From the IMG/VR virus record IMGVR_UViG_3300021093_006163: a stretch of 62,316 nt of DNA, one strand, 5' to 3'. The position numbers and the translations under genes were made by a program. The stretch's first letter is position 1. Each line of letters begins with the position of its first letter. Below the pieces are notes generated by a model. It saw nothing but the letters and a program-made list of their open reading frames with translations. It ran no database searches and was not told where the DNA came from. Origin of the DNA: an uncultured virus (IMG/VR IMGVR_UViG_3300021093_006163) (lineage: Duplodnaviria > Heunggongvirae > Uroviricota > Caudoviricetes). Below are positions 9,586-20,195 of the stretch, one piece after another.

Positions 9586-10869
9586 TCAGAAATCGAGTCG
9601 AAGTCTAAGTGTGAGCTCCTTCTCTGGTGACTTCTCAACTGGTCGGGAAAGCTTTGCAACAGCAAGCAAATTATCTGCTGCATCGTACAATCCAATTGTC
9701 GTGATGAAAACAAACGGTGTCTCTGTCAACTCATTTCCTTCGTTTATTACGACTATCCTTCCGTCTGTATCCGTATAGGTTGGATTTGACGAGTAGTTAA
9801 ACTCATCAGCAGTTGCTCTGCAGAACACAAGGGTAGAATTTATAGTCGTGATGTTTTGGAAAGTTATTGATGTATCGTTTGCGTTGGATATATTTCCAAA
9901 TCTAACTGATGCCAGATGATTGACAATGTCGTCAATTGAGGCCGATACAACAAAGTCTGGAATAAAAGTTGCAGAACGATTTGTGACAGCAGCAAACTCT
10001 CGACCGATGAATGTGCTTCCTGCAGACGTTGTTGTTCCTGCAAATATGTCAGACCCCGTTGCTGCGCTTATTGTGCCGCTCATATGCTGATCATGGAAAA
10101 AGGTTTTCTTCATGTCAAGAACAGCGACACCGTAGTCATAGAATATCAACCCAAGTTTTTCATTTGTGTTCTGAGAGTTCACAAGGTTTGCAACAGTTCC
10201 TCCGTAAGTGAACTGAGGAGTTGATCCAGCACCTGCGTCTGTTATGATCATCGAACCAGACGCTCCCGGAAAGTTGATATTGGAAGCAGTCAGTCCATTA
10301 AGGATTGTCTTTTCATGAGATCCTGCAAATGTAGATCCATCAAGAGTTGCAGATCTAAAAAGCTTCATCGCAAAAGTTTCAGGCTTTATGCTGTCTCTAG
10401 AGAACAGTCGCTTGAATGGCATAAAGAGAGCAGATTCAATTTTATCAGAATCAGTCCCGCCAGTGAATGGAGACGAGAACTGAGATGTTGCATCTCCAAG
10501 CAAGGCCTGTGCAAACTGATTGTAGACTTGAACCTTTTCTCTCATCATGGCAGTGTTTGATGCGAACGTCAATTTTCCAGCTGTATCAACTCCGTATCCT
10601 GGAGATCCAGTAACAACGCTGCTCGAAGCAAACAACCCTACTGTGATGTCGAACATCTCATTTGCTGTTGCGAGCGTAAAGTCCTGGTCGAAGACTGTCT
10701 GGAAGATGGATGATGTCAAAGAAGCAGCGCCAGATCCCGAAACAAAGACCTCGTAGCTTTTTCTTGTGTTTGATCCGCTGATGCTCTGCTGAACAACATC
10801 AACAAGTTGATTCAGGAAAGAACGAGTTGTCTTTAGGTCTTTTGGTCCTATGCTCTTGTAAACAGGCAT
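9586..10869 (-). CDS. Putative baseplate/tail-fibre attachment protein
   Basis: C-terminus FNYSSNPT...ITTIGLYD...LLAVAKLSRP...LRLDF resembles the IGLYD-x-L-AVA motif of tail-collar/fibre-attachment domains. Confidence 0.6.
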   Translation of the reverse strand: MPVYKSIGPKDLKTTRSFLNQLVDVVQQSISGSNTRKSYEVFVSGSGAASLTSSIFQTVFDQDFTLATANEMFDITVGLFASSSVVTGSPGYGVDTAGKLTFASNTAMMREKVQVYNQFAQALLGDATSQFSSPFTGGTDSDKIESALFMPFKRLFSRDSIKPETFAMKLFRSATLDGSTFAGSHEKTILNGLTASNINFPGASGSMIITDAGAGSTPQFTYGGTVANLVNSQNTNEKLGLIFYDYGVAVLDMKKTFFHDQHMSGTISAATGSDIFAGTTTSAGSTFIGREFAAVTNRSATFIPDFVVSASIDDIVNHLASVRFGNISNANDTSITFQNITTINSTLVFCRATADEFNYSSNPTYTDTDGRIVVINEGNELTETPFVFITTIGLYDAADNLLAVAKLSRPVEKSPEKELTLRLRLDF

Positions 10870-10877
10870 TTTTATTC

Positions 10878-11582
10878 CTACTGTGTTGTTGTGATGTTGA
10901 CAAGAATATCAGCTCTCTGTCCAGAATTTCTTCCTATTACACTCACGTAAGTTGCAACGTAGGTTGTTCCAGGAACCTTGTATGCGAGCTGTGTTGCTGC
11001 AGGAACTGCCTGTGGCGTAAGTGTGAAAGAGAGCCTCGAGAGAGGATTTGTTGCAGCAGTTGCGTCAGCTGGGAATGTGTATGTCGCAATGCTAGTCGAA
11101 GATATGGAGGTCGGCACCGACACGCTCGTAGAAGAGGCACGCAGGAACCTATTGTCAACACTAACGAAAAAGTCATCATCTATCATCTCGGCAGCAGCAG
11201 AAAATCCATCCTCAATTGATAGCTCGATACTGATGGTCTTCGAAGTTGTGCTGGAAAAATTCAGAAGAATTGTCTCGTTAGGCGACAGTGAGAGCCTTGG
11301 CAAATAAGTCACAACATTTGAAACTGTTGAAATACTAAGCAAGCTATTTCGTATGGCAAGTGTTGGATTTGTTAGTGCCTCAAACATTGGTGTGTTCTTC
11401 TCTATCTTTTCCTTTCCAACATTTCTACCATACTGCTCTATTATTCCATAGTCAACACCATCATCTGATAATGCAAACTTTGTGATGACAAATCTTCCTT
11501 GGCTCGCAAGGAGCCTTCTGCCCGTGTCAGTAAGAACAGCATCAAGTATGATGTTGTTTGAATCCTGATTGAGGAATCCCAT
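10878..11582 (-). CDS. Putative baseplate/tail-collar protein
   Basis: N-terminus DAVLTDTGRRLLA...ITKFALSDD resembles the LT-x2-GR-x2-LA start of fibre-attachment domains; GAGG SD. Confidence 0.6.
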   Translation of the reverse strand: MGFLNQDSNNIILDAVLTDTGRRLLASQGRFVITKFALSDDGVDYGIIEQYGRNVGKEKIEKNTPMFEALTNPTLAIRNSLLSISTVSNVVTYLPRLSLSPNETILLNFSSTTSKTISIELSIEDGFSAAAEMIDDDFFVSVDNRFLRASSTSVSVPTSISSTSIATYTFPADATAATNPLSRLSFTLTPQAVPAATQLAYKVPGTTYVATYVSVIGRNSGQRADILVNITTTQ

Positions 11583-11601
11583 TTTAAAACCCTCGCTACT
11601 T

Positions 11602-11609
11602 TAAATATC
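11602..11609 (-). promoter_or_regulatory. Candidate late-promoter motif GATATTTA
   Basis: In the 51 nt intergenic gap, 19 nt before the ATG, with a GAGG SD in between. Confidence 0.45.
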
Positions 11610-11633
11610 CACGCCTTGAGTGCACAGTTAAAA

Positions 11634-13439
11634 TCAATCTGCAGTATAAAACCTTGCGAGACTGATCGGTATTCCATCTGAATTTACGCCGCTCTTTCCT
11701 ACAAATATATCGAATATTTGACTTTTTGCGAGATTTATTTCAGTCAAGCTTATTTTGTAATTTGCAACACCAATTTCATCCTTTGAAATCAAAGAAAGAC
11801 TTTTTCTCTTTCTAGTTACATCAGAATACTCAGGATCAAAGTAGACTCTAATCCTGCTGTGACCGCTATCTGTGATTAGATCGCTGAAAAAATCTGCCTC
11901 GACGTTGACATTTGGATATGGCTTGGGAGCTCCTTCTGTTGAGACTCTTGAAATTAATAGTTTTCCTGTAATTTTGTCAAACCTTACCCGAAACTGATCT
12001 GAATATGCAGAAGATAGCCCATGTGCATCAATTGAACAAATTGAGTAGATGAAATCGCTAGAAATATCAGAAAATTCTCTATCAATGTAGTGCTTAACTG
12101 GTCCGACTGATTTCTCTATCTTTTCTTTAGGAATATTCTCGCCTGTTGTATAAGGAAGTATCGTCTGATCGAAGTTGATTTCTGTAATCAAAGAAAAAGG
12201 ATCTTCAATGCTTTTCCTTCTAAAGACTTGAAATCGCTTTATGTCTTTTTGTGTATTTATTGGAAAGTTCCAACGAATATAGAGGCCTCTCAGAGTCTGC
12301 TGAAAGGAAATATTATTAGGCGGAAGTGGTGGAATGTTTTCAGTGCATTGAACGGTGGTGTAAGTACCTTTTGTTGCAACAAATATTGTTGCAATGTCGT
12401 AACCATCAAAAAACTCGCTTCCTGATTCTCTTGGTGAAATTATGTAAGTTCGATATACAGTTCTAATTCTGTAATTGTAAACTCCCCCATATCTTACCTG
12501 CGAGTCTGTGAAGGCAGTTTCATTAGGATCCTCAATGATGATATCGTCATGTCTTAGAGTAGATCCGTCAACCTGCTCTCCGTATTTTTCAATAATGTAA
12601 CCAATCCTTGATGTCCTATAAGTTTCATACACACTAGATTCCTCTGCGCTTCCAAATAGAACACTTGATCTTACATATTTTGTTTCAATTACTTTCAAAG
12701 ATACGTCTATTTCATCTTCAGAAATTTGAAAAGGATTTGAGGAGTTTGATCTTGCACTATCCTGAATTGTCTGTGCCTCTTCTATTGGAAAAGCAAATTC
12801 ATCAGAGAATGCCGAAGCTTGCCACCTTGTTGTAGTCCTAAGAACGTCTGCTACAAATAGGGAATTTAGAGAGATTGCAAGGTTCAAGGTCTTCGTATCT
12901 GACTCGTAGAGGTCTACTATCTCTTCTCTTGCTTGTGCTTTTGAAAATCTGTATCCTTGCGATTGAAATCTTGAGACGTTCAAGAATCCTTTTGTGCGTT
13001 CGGGTATTTCTGCATCATCGACTCCTTCGAATGCAGCATATATCTTTTCATCGACAGATGTGTCATGAGCAAGGACACTTGAAAATTTTGTGCTGAATGG
13101 TGCATCTTCAAATATGACTTGCTCATTTTGTGCAGCAGTTGTAAGAACTCCTTTGTCCAGCGTTGTCGGCAAATATTTTGATCTTACAGAAAATGAAAGA
13201 TTTATTTGTCGAGGATAGACTCCATTCTCCCAATTTTCAACTATAAAATCATACTGATCGCTCTGTGCATCGACTGCACCAAGAGTTACAGTTTCAGAGA
13301 CTCCTTCGTCTCTTGTATAGTAATTGTAGACAAATTGTCCAGATATCTGCTCCTTCCCAGTCAGAGATAGAAGATAAAAAGGGGTGCTGATTGACGATGT
13401 GATGTCAAACAGGTCAACGTCTGTGACGTAAGAAGACAT
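11634..13439 (-). CDS. Putative virion structural protein with FN3/Ig-like domains
   Basis: GYIIEK...FTDSQVRYGGVYNYRI and PPLPPNNI...IRW...FQVFRR...YID...FIYSI match the FN3 pattern; sits in the structural block. Confidence 0.55.
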   Translation of the reverse strand: MSSYVTDVDLFDITSSISTPFYLLSLTGKEQISGQFVYNYYTRDEGVSETVTLGAVDAQSDQYDFIVENWENGVYPRQINLSFSVRSKYLPTTLDKGVLTTAAQNEQVIFEDAPFSTKFSSVLAHDTSVDEKIYAAFEGVDDAEIPERTKGFLNVSRFQSQGYRFSKAQAREEIVDLYESDTKTLNLAISLNSLFVADVLRTTTRWQASAFSDEFAFPIEEAQTIQDSARSNSSNPFQISEDEIDVSLKVIETKYVRSSVLFGSAEESSVYETYRTSRIGYIIEKYGEQVDGSTLRHDDIIIEDPNETAFTDSQVRYGGVYNYRIRTVYRTYIISPRESGSEFFDGYDIATIFVATKGTYTTVQCTENIPPLPPNNISFQQTLRGLYIRWNFPINTQKDIKRFQVFRRKSIEDPFSLITEINFDQTILPYTTGENIPKEKIEKSVGPVKHYIDREFSDISSDFIYSICSIDAHGLSSAYSDQFRVRFDKITGKLLISRVSTEGAPKPYPNVNVEADFFSDLITDSGHSRIRVYFDPEYSDVTRKRKSLSLISKDEIGVANYKISLTEINLAKSQIFDIFVGKSGVNSDGIPISLARFYTAD

Positions 13440-16400
13440 TAAATCTCCACCTGTGAATAAAATTCAGTCACAATGTCATCAAACTTGTCTCCATTTATAA
13501 CAAGGTAAACAAGTCTATCAAAAGAAGGCGAAGCTTCGAGCTCATCGATCATTCTAGAGGTTATGAAATCTCTGTGCATCATTATCATTGCCCTTAGCCT
13601 GTAGTATTGAAGTATTTCATCGCTAGATCCAAAAGTCCTATATCCTTGTTCTTCGAGTGCTTTATCAGCAAATGTCTGCTCCCGATAGGTCTCTTTCATT
13701 GGTGCCTTTGTCGAAGCATATCTTGGATAAAGACCGTAGATATCTTCAACGTAGGCTTGCAGAGCAGCCTGAACTACATTTGCTGGTATGTCTATTGCCT
13801 TGACGTTATCCGATGAATCTCCGCGCCTTAGAGACTCCAGTGAAGATCCGTCGTTAGATATTTTTAGAATCGAAATATCATCCTCTGCTGCAGTTGAGAA
13901 CTCTATGCTGGAATCAAAGTTGTCATCAATATTCGGGACAAGAGAGCAATAAGGCCCGCCTAGATTTGGCCGTCTATTTGTAGACTGTGTGTTGTAGGAA
14001 AAATTATAATCAGCTCTCTTTCCTACTGGATCGAGTGTGTTGGCTGCGCCCGAGTAGGCAGTAACTCCAAAATACTCATTTCTATCATCTAGCGCAAATC
14101 TCATTCTCTCAAGCATCCCATAGGGGACACCTACTATGCAAATCTGAAGATCATTCTTGTCAGGAATAATATTTTTGAATGCTGCCTTCACCAACGACCT
14201 GTAGCTCTCCGATCGGGTTGCGACTGCGGAAATTTGAGTACCCGGAATCAGAGTTTGATATCTTTTTGATCTGTACAGCAGCTCAACAACAGAATCTATT
14301 GTTGAATATCTTGACACAATACGTGCAGTCTTTGAAGAGTCACCTCCATAAACATCGGAAATCTGATCGTAGAGATTTATTATGCTCTGAATTAGACTGC
14401 TTTGTGATTTTAATACAGTGTTCTGGTACGCAAGCAAAGACTGCATATCTTGAGAAGCTTGCAAAGCATACTTGATTGGTGACCTAATTTTTTTGAAGAA
14501 TGATGAATCTATTAAAGAAATCTGATCTGGATCCGGAGTGATCCCTGTAATCTTGGAAAATCTCTCAAATCTCATGTCTGCAGAAGTCGTCTCCTCCAGA
14601 GCCTCGCCAAGACAATCAGATAATGCTGCTATGTCTGCAGGAAACCACTTTAGGAATACTTGGTAATTGTCTCCTTCCCCGACATCAACTAATTTTAGCT
14701 TCAGTGAAATTTGTGCATTTATTCCTCGCAGGATATGTAAAAACATAAAATATGCACAAATTTTTACCTCATTCTCAAGCTTTTTATTTTGAGATATTGC
14801 AGGGTAATACGAGGCGAGCTCTGATGCTATATTATCAATGGTCTTGAAGCTTCCTGATTTGTCGTATAGAAACTTCAAGAAATCTTCGTATCCTTCTTCT
14901 CCTGTCTTTTGTAGCGTGCTTGGAAACAAAGCGGCGGCCCCTTCGCCGAGGGCCTCCATAATTTCTATTGATTCAGCCGCTTCATTAAATGTGATGTCCT
15001 CATCGGCCCCCACCGCCACCGCCGCCGCCTGCACAGTAGCAAGAGCATCAACTGCCAGTGTGGGTGCTCTGATTTTAATATTAACGCCCGAGCGCTTATC
15101 ACCGGGATCGCCTGTCTTTAGAGCTCCACTTGAATAATCAGAAATAAAGCCAGAATACTGATCACTGACGCCTCCGTAGTCGCCTTTAAATGTGTTGTCT
15201 ACTCTAAAAACGTCATTCCCAGTGCTCCCGGAGCTGCCACCGCCGCTCGATCTGGATTCATCGCTATTGAATGATTCTGAATTCGCTATCATATTTGTGA
15301 GCTCTTCTTCTCCTGCGCATATCAGCCTAAAAAGCTTTGCAGCAGAATAAGAATCCTGTGATGCGATAAAAAACATTGCTGCCCTAATTGCGCTGTATGT
15401 GCTAGTAGTCTCTGTACCAAGTACACTTTGATCAAAAAAGCCTTTAAAATGCTTGTAAAATATTTTTATTATTGTCAAAGAACACTGATTTGAAATTTCA
15501 AACCTTCTATCAGTTGCAAACCGTTCGATAGATGCAGTTATTCCGTCAATGTTTGACTTCAAAGTCTTTAGATCTTCGACGGGTGCTGTAATAACAGTTG
15601 AAATAGCAGTTGCAGGATCTCCAATCGATCCCTGCAAGAAATTATCAAACATATAAATGTTTTCGCCGCGAGAATTTTGATTGATGTATCTTAGCTGGTC
15701 AAGATATGTGTCAGAGACGCTGATAGGCTGTGATTCTCTCGGATTAATTGCCGCAGGAATCTCTGGAAAAGATGTTTGAGCATTTACTATATTCGAAGCA
15801 AGAAAAACCGGAATTTGATTTACGAACTTCTGTGTAAGAAGCTCTAGATTCAGCCCTACCACTGGCAAAACCCGCATCCGGGTTTCTTCACCCGTTGATG
15901 GCGACAATAAACTTGTATGGATATCTATGAAAATATTGTCTGTGTCATCCTCGTAGGCAATCTGCGTGCTTCCTTCAGATATTTTTAGCTTTCCAGCGTA
16001 AAATACGCCCGAGTCCTGCAGCCCTTGAAGCGCTGCTACTCCTGACGAGCTAAAGTCTCCCGATCTTGATCCAGCACCAGCAGGAGACGGTAAGAGATAA
16101 CCATTCTCAGCGATTGTAGCAATTTCTGATATTGTTCTTTTTGCAAACAAAAATCCTGGCTTCATTGAAATTGTGTCAGACAAGAGCTGGCTTATCGGAG
16201 AGACTTTCCTGTAGTCAAGGCTAGAATACGGGCTAGTGTAGTCGCCTTCTGAGTCTACATCATTGAACCTACGACCCTCTTGGATCTGTGCAATTGCAGC
16301 CTTAAGAAGCTGATATTGTCTGGTTGTTCTTGCTTGCTCTTGTCTATTTTCTCCGAGCAATCTAGTTGTCAGGCTGTCAATAATGTTCTTTCCGGAATCG

Positions 16401-17224
16401 TATTTCGTAATATCTCCGTCATTGTATTCTACTGATAGATTTCCAAAATCTCCAGAAAGAGCAGAAAAAGATTGAACAGGTATTCTAGAAACATTTATTG
16501 AGCTTGCGATTGAAAGTGCAACATTTCCAATACCTGTAAATGTTATTGAAGATTCAGACCCTAGAGGAGCAACTGTTCTCGATGAGGTTGATTGACTATC
16601 AGCTTCTGTTGTTGAAGATTTTTGCTTAATCATTAACAGCTGTGTATCAGACCCGGCTAAGATCTCTGTAGAGTTCATGATCTCTTCTCTAAGTCTAAAA
16701 ATCTTAGGAATTGATGTGGCGAGTGTGTTATATTTTGAAAGATTTGTGTCTCTAATTTTTTCCAGTGACGCAGAAGATGCAGGAGATGATTCATAAAATT
16801 TGTTGACTATGTCATTTGCTAGCTGAACTGTAACATCTCTTACTTGATTCTGTAAGTCATAAATTATTCCAAAATTTGTTTCAGTTCCACCTGAAAATAG
16901 ATTCTGGAGAGGCAAAGTCGCTAGAATGACTGGATATGCACTAGTGATCCCGCTTCCTGTTATCTCTGAATCAAAATCCGATATGCTATAATCAAAAACA
17001 GAATTTGTGTTTTCTGATAAAACCGTTGACGTTCTTAGAGATTCCCTTGATAGCGTAAGAAAAGACTGCTCTGTTGAGAATTCTGATCCTTCTCTTCTTC
17101 TCGAATATGAAGTAATATTCTTTGCTCTGCTGGTCATTTCGCTGACTTTTACTTTTAAATCTGTCGTAGCTGCAGAAGCTGGGCTTACAACAAGATTTGA
17201 AAATGAAGGATTTTTTATTGTCAT
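13439..17224 (-). CDS. Large hypothetical protein (1261 aa), probably structural
   Basis: Long ORF coupled to both neighbours by overlapping start/stop codons; no recognisable family motif. Confidence 0.6.
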   Translation of the reverse strand: MTIKNPSFSNLVVSPASAATTDLKVKVSEMTSRAKNITSYSRRREGSEFSTEQSFLTLSRESLRTSTVLSENTNSVFDYSISDFDSEITGSGITSAYPVILATLPLQNLFSGGTETNFGIIYDLQNQVRDVTVQLANDIVNKFYESSPASSASLEKIRDTNLSKYNTLATSIPKIFRLREEIMNSTEILAGSDTQLLMIKQKSSTTEADSQSTSSRTVAPLGSESSITFTGIGNVALSIASSINVSRIPVQSFSALSGDFGNLSVEYNDGDITKYDSGKNIIDSLTTRLLGENRQEQARTTRQYQLLKAAIAQIQEGRRFNDVDSEGDYTSPYSSLDYRKVSPISQLLSDTISMKPGFLFAKRTISEIATIAENGYLLPSPAGAGSRSGDFSSSGVAALQGLQDSGVFYAGKLKISEGSTQIAYEDDTDNIFIDIHTSLLSPSTGEETRMRVLPVVGLNLELLTQKFVNQIPVFLASNIVNAQTSFPEIPAAINPRESQPISVSDTYLDQLRYINQNSRGENIYMFDNFLQGSIGDPATAISTVITAPVEDLKTLKSNIDGITASIERFATDRRFEISNQCSLTIIKIFYKHFKGFFDQSVLGTETTSTYSAIRAAMFFIASQDSYSAAKLFRLICAGEEELTNMIANSESFNSDESRSSGGGSSGSTGNDVFRVDNTFKGDYGGVSDQYSGFISDYSSGALKTGDPGDKRSGVNIKIRAPTLAVDALATVQAAAVAVGADEDITFNEAAESIEIMEALGEGAAALFPSTLQKTGEEGYEDFLKFLYDKSGSFKTIDNIASELASYYPAISQNKKLENEVKICAYFMFLHILRGINAQISLKLKLVDVGEGDNYQVFLKWFPADIAALSDCLGEALEETTSADMRFERFSKITGITPDPDQISLIDSSFFKKIRSPIKYALQASQDMQSLLAYQNTVLKSQSSLIQSIINLYDQISDVYGGDSSKTARIVSRYSTIDSVVELLYRSKRYQTLIPGTQISAVATRSESYRSLVKAAFKNIIPDKNDLQICIVGVPYGMLERMRFALDDRNEYFGVTAYSGAANTLDPVGKRADYNFSYNTQSTNRRPNLGGPYCSLVPNIDDNFDSSIEFSTAAEDDISILKISNDGSSLESLRRGDSSDNVKAIDIPANVVQAALQAYVEDIYGLYPRYASTKAPMKETYREQTFADKALEEQGYRTFGSSDEILQYYRLRAMIMMHRDFITSRMIDELEASPSFDRLVYLVINGDKFDDIVTEFYSQVEI

Positions 17225-19215
17225 GCGTTCACCTGAAGTGTTGAGGCCCCAGTTTCTTGTCTGGTTCCTCTTGAAACTATTGAAACTCTAATTGATCTTG
17301 GAATAATGTTACCTAGATTAAAAATCTGAACTGATGCTGAGGTTGGGTGACTATAAAACAAGGATCCATCGACGCTTACTTCAAAGAAGTCAATCTCAGA
17401 TGATAATCCTGACACGCTCCAAGAGATGTAAGATCCTTTTGTTCTTGTAGAAAATTTGAGATTTTTAATAGAGATAGATGTAATATTTTCTGGGTTTACT
17501 CTTACATCCGAAAATATTCCCGTTCTTCCTGCATAAAAACCTAAATCTCCAATATTTGAATTGTCTCCATATCTAAGCTCTGATCCTCGTATTGAGCTCC
17601 TTGAGAAGAATTTTGCGCTGAAATTTGACTGTGATGATTTAGACCTATTTCCAAGAAGTTTGCTGCCTAGATCATTTATGGATCCGATGTTGAAAGAATT
17701 ATCGGCAATTACTCTCTGCCCGGAAGTGAGGCCTTCGAGCGCTTCAGGAAATGATCGAACTGCTACCTCAAATCTATAAATGAAAGGTTCATTTGATCCA
17801 TATTTGGAACTTGTCGATACAGGAATCTGAATTGTTCCGGGAGAAAAAATTCCTAAGTCAGTTTCTTCTCCTGTATTCAGAGAGATCCTGGAGACAATAA
17901 CACGAATAATTGGCTTTAAATTGTTAGTAGTCTTCTCAAGATCAGATGAAACAAGGCTATCGAGACCGAGGCTCTTTAGGTCAGTAACTAGCTGATCGTA
18001 TACTGTTTCTGTATTGTACGCTACTTTAACATTAAAACTTAGATACCTGCTAGAAAGCAAAGTTTTTGATTTTTCTTGAGAAAATTCACTCGAAACAAGA
18101 GATGCGCTAATTCTCGCAAGTGAATCAAGTTTCAGTGCAGGAACTACCACAAATGATGGGCTTGTCATTGGCTCATTTTGATTGTTCAAATAGTCAACTG
18201 TATAAATGTGGTCGTATTGAGGGTTTCTTGATTCGTCAACCAGTGTGATCGATCCTCCGGAATTATCCGAGTAAGTTATGTATTCTCTCTCATATTCCGA
18301 TAATTTTTGCTTATAAAGAAAGACTTTTTTTATTGATGAGTTCATTCCTGTGACTCTGAAATTCAGATTTTTGCTCTGAATTGAATCCAGATAGAATGGT
18401 AGCTGTTTCACTGATTGAACATAGCCTATTGTATTTTGCCTAAAATTTCCAACCTCCTGAGAAAGTATAGAAGAAATCGGGCGCGCTAGAACTGTGTAAA
18501 CCTGTTCACTATCACTGACTTCAAAAATTGCCGTAGATGTTCCACCTTGATCTACGGGAGATTTTACTTGGCTCAAAAATTTTGTAGACAAAAAGTCTGA
18601 TTGTGTTTCCTTCTTCAAAAAAAACTTAAAAGATCCAACGTTCTTATCACTGGACGATGCTGCAACGTAGATCTTTCGATCATTTAGACGAGTTGCAGTG
18701 AGTAAAAAGTCAACGCTCGGAATATCATACTGTTTTAGACAGGTCTCGTGATCTATCTCAGCTGTGTCAACAACATCACTGCTTCCATCGGTTCTTAGAT
18801 TGACAATCTCAACTGTGAAAGTATCAACTACGTCTGATGATGAGACCTCTATTTCAAAATTTATTCTCTGGTTGACTAGATCTGGCCGATCGATAAACCT
18901 TGTTGCAAAATATTTTTTTCCGTATTTTCTGCTCGATATTTGATCAAATCTTTGTAAGTCAATTTTTTTGAAAAAATTAGTTGATGCAACTTCAGATCGC
19001 TTAACAACAATTCGAGGCCTAGATCTCTGCGAAGAAAAGCATTTGACCTGTAGGTCTCCATCTAGGCTTGAAATTATGGATCTGTCTATCTCTATGGGTA
19101 TCGTATACTTGAAATATAAGATCCCGCCTGATGACCTGTGATCAGATATGGATGCAAGCTGTAGATCAATGAATCTTGCGAATTTTTTTACGCTTGGCTT
19201 GATAGCATAAAGCAT
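17221..19215 (-). CDS. Hypothetical beta-rich protein (664 aa), probably structural
   Basis: Ig/FN3-like patterns (YTVLARP, YTVDY, ISWS...FFEVSV); structural context. Confidence 0.55.
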   Translation of the reverse strand: MLYAIKPSVKKFARFIDLQLASISDHRSSGGILYFKYTIPIEIDRSIISSLDGDLQVKCFSSQRSRPRIVVKRSEVASTNFFKKIDLQRFDQISSRKYGKKYFATRFIDRPDLVNQRINFEIEVSSSDVVDTFTVEIVNLRTDGSSDVVDTAEIDHETCLKQYDIPSVDFLLTATRLNDRKIYVAASSSDKNVGSFKFFLKKETQSDFLSTKFLSQVKSPVDQGGTSTAIFEVSDSEQVYTVLARPISSILSQEVGNFRQNTIGYVQSVKQLPFYLDSIQSKNLNFRVTGMNSSIKKVFLYKQKLSEYEREYITYSDNSGGSITLVDESRNPQYDHIYTVDYLNNQNEPMTSPSFVVVPALKLDSLARISASLVSSEFSQEKSKTLLSSRYLSFNVKVAYNTETVYDQLVTDLKSLGLDSLVSSDLEKTTNNLKPIIRVIVSRISLNTGEETDLGIFSPGTIQIPVSTSSKYGSNEPFIYRFEVAVRSFPEALEGLTSGQRVIADNSFNIGSINDLGSKLLGNRSKSSQSNFSAKFFSRSSIRGSELRYGDNSNIGDLGFYAGRTGIFSDVRVNPENITSISIKNLKFSTRTKGSYISWSVSGLSSEIDFFEVSVDGSLFYSHPTSASVQIFNLGNIIPRSIRVSIVSRGTRQETGASTLQVNA

Positions 19216-20174
19216 TAGTCAATTACCACGGTGAAAAGATTAACATACGTCACTGTCTCTGTGTCATCGAGAAATACTTTTCCATAGAATATTATCCGCT
19301 TCAAGGGTCGCTGCCTATCTGTCGTATCAATGACATTTCCATAGTCAACTGCATCAAGCTTTAGAACGCCATCAGCATTGACCTCATACATCTGAATAAC
19401 CATGTCATTCTGCATTGAAGAATTTACTATCTCAAACTCAGCACGTTGCTTCACCGGTGCGGATTCAGTGCCAAGCGTTTCTTCCTTTATGTCCTGGTAT
19501 GTGTAGCTATTAAAACTTTTTATGTTTTTGAAATTTCCAATCTCAACTGTTTGCCCACCCGTCTTCGCAACTGGAGGTAGAAATTTAAATTGAGGAAGAT
19601 TTGAAAATCTCTTATCAAAGAAAATTGAGTCAGCTAGATTTATAGAGGCGACTGGTAGATCTGTTCCGTCCTCAGTGAATTGAAATGTAGTCTCTGTTGG
19701 GTTTATCTCAAAATCAGATTCATCATCAATTGGATCTCTTGTTCCAATTACTGTATTCATGGAAAAAGACTTCTGGAACATATTTGTAATGTCAGAAACA
19801 GCAGATGAAAAATCATTTCCTGGATTTGTACCTGCTACGGGATTGCTCCCTGCATAATTCACATAAATCTTTCCATCTTTTGCTACTTTTACGCCAGTAT
19901 CATTGTTTGATCCAAAAGCTGTCGCAGGAATAATATCTCCTGTATCATCTGTGACAATCGCAAGAATATCCTGCGGTAGAGATCCTGGGCTCTCGAGATA
20001 GACTCTGTCTGTAGCTGTATCATAAGATCCTGTGATGCTGCTCGGGTCATAGTAAGCCTGGCCATCTGTGAAAGAAGCGTAAGCAATCTTAAGACCGCTT
20101 CTCGCAAGAGATGCACGCCCCTGCGGAGTCATCACAATATCAACAACTCTTTTCTTGGAATCAAGGATTCCCAT
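19215..20174 (-). CDS. Putative baseplate protein, N-terminal paralog of 10878-11582
   Basis: MGILD...VDIVMTPQGRASLA...YASFTDG aligns by eye with MGFLN...LDAVLTDTGRRLLA...KFALSDD. Confidence 0.55.
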   Translation of the reverse strand: MGILDSKKRVVDIVMTPQGRASLARSGLKIAYASFTDGQAYYDPSSITGSYDTATDRVYLESPGSLPQDILAIVTDDTGDIIPATAFGSNNDTGVKVAKDGKIYVNYAGSNPVAGTNPGNDFSSAVSDITNMFQKSFSMNTVIGTRDPIDDESDFEINPTETTFQFTEDGTDLPVASINLADSIFFDKRFSNLPQFKFLPPVAKTGGQTVEIGNFKNIKSFNSYTYQDIKEETLGTESAPVKQRAEFEIVNSSMQNDMVIQMYEVNADGVLKLDAVDYGNVIDTTDRQRPLKRIIFYGKVFLDDTETVTYVNLFTVVID

Positions 20175-20188
20175 TATGGCCTCTTACA

Positions 20189-20195
20189 TAACTAT
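20189..20195 (-). promoter_or_regulatory. Candidate late-promoter motif ATAGTTA
   Basis: Overlaps the upstream stop codon; 14 nt before the ATG, with an AGAGG SD in between. Confidence 0.35.
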
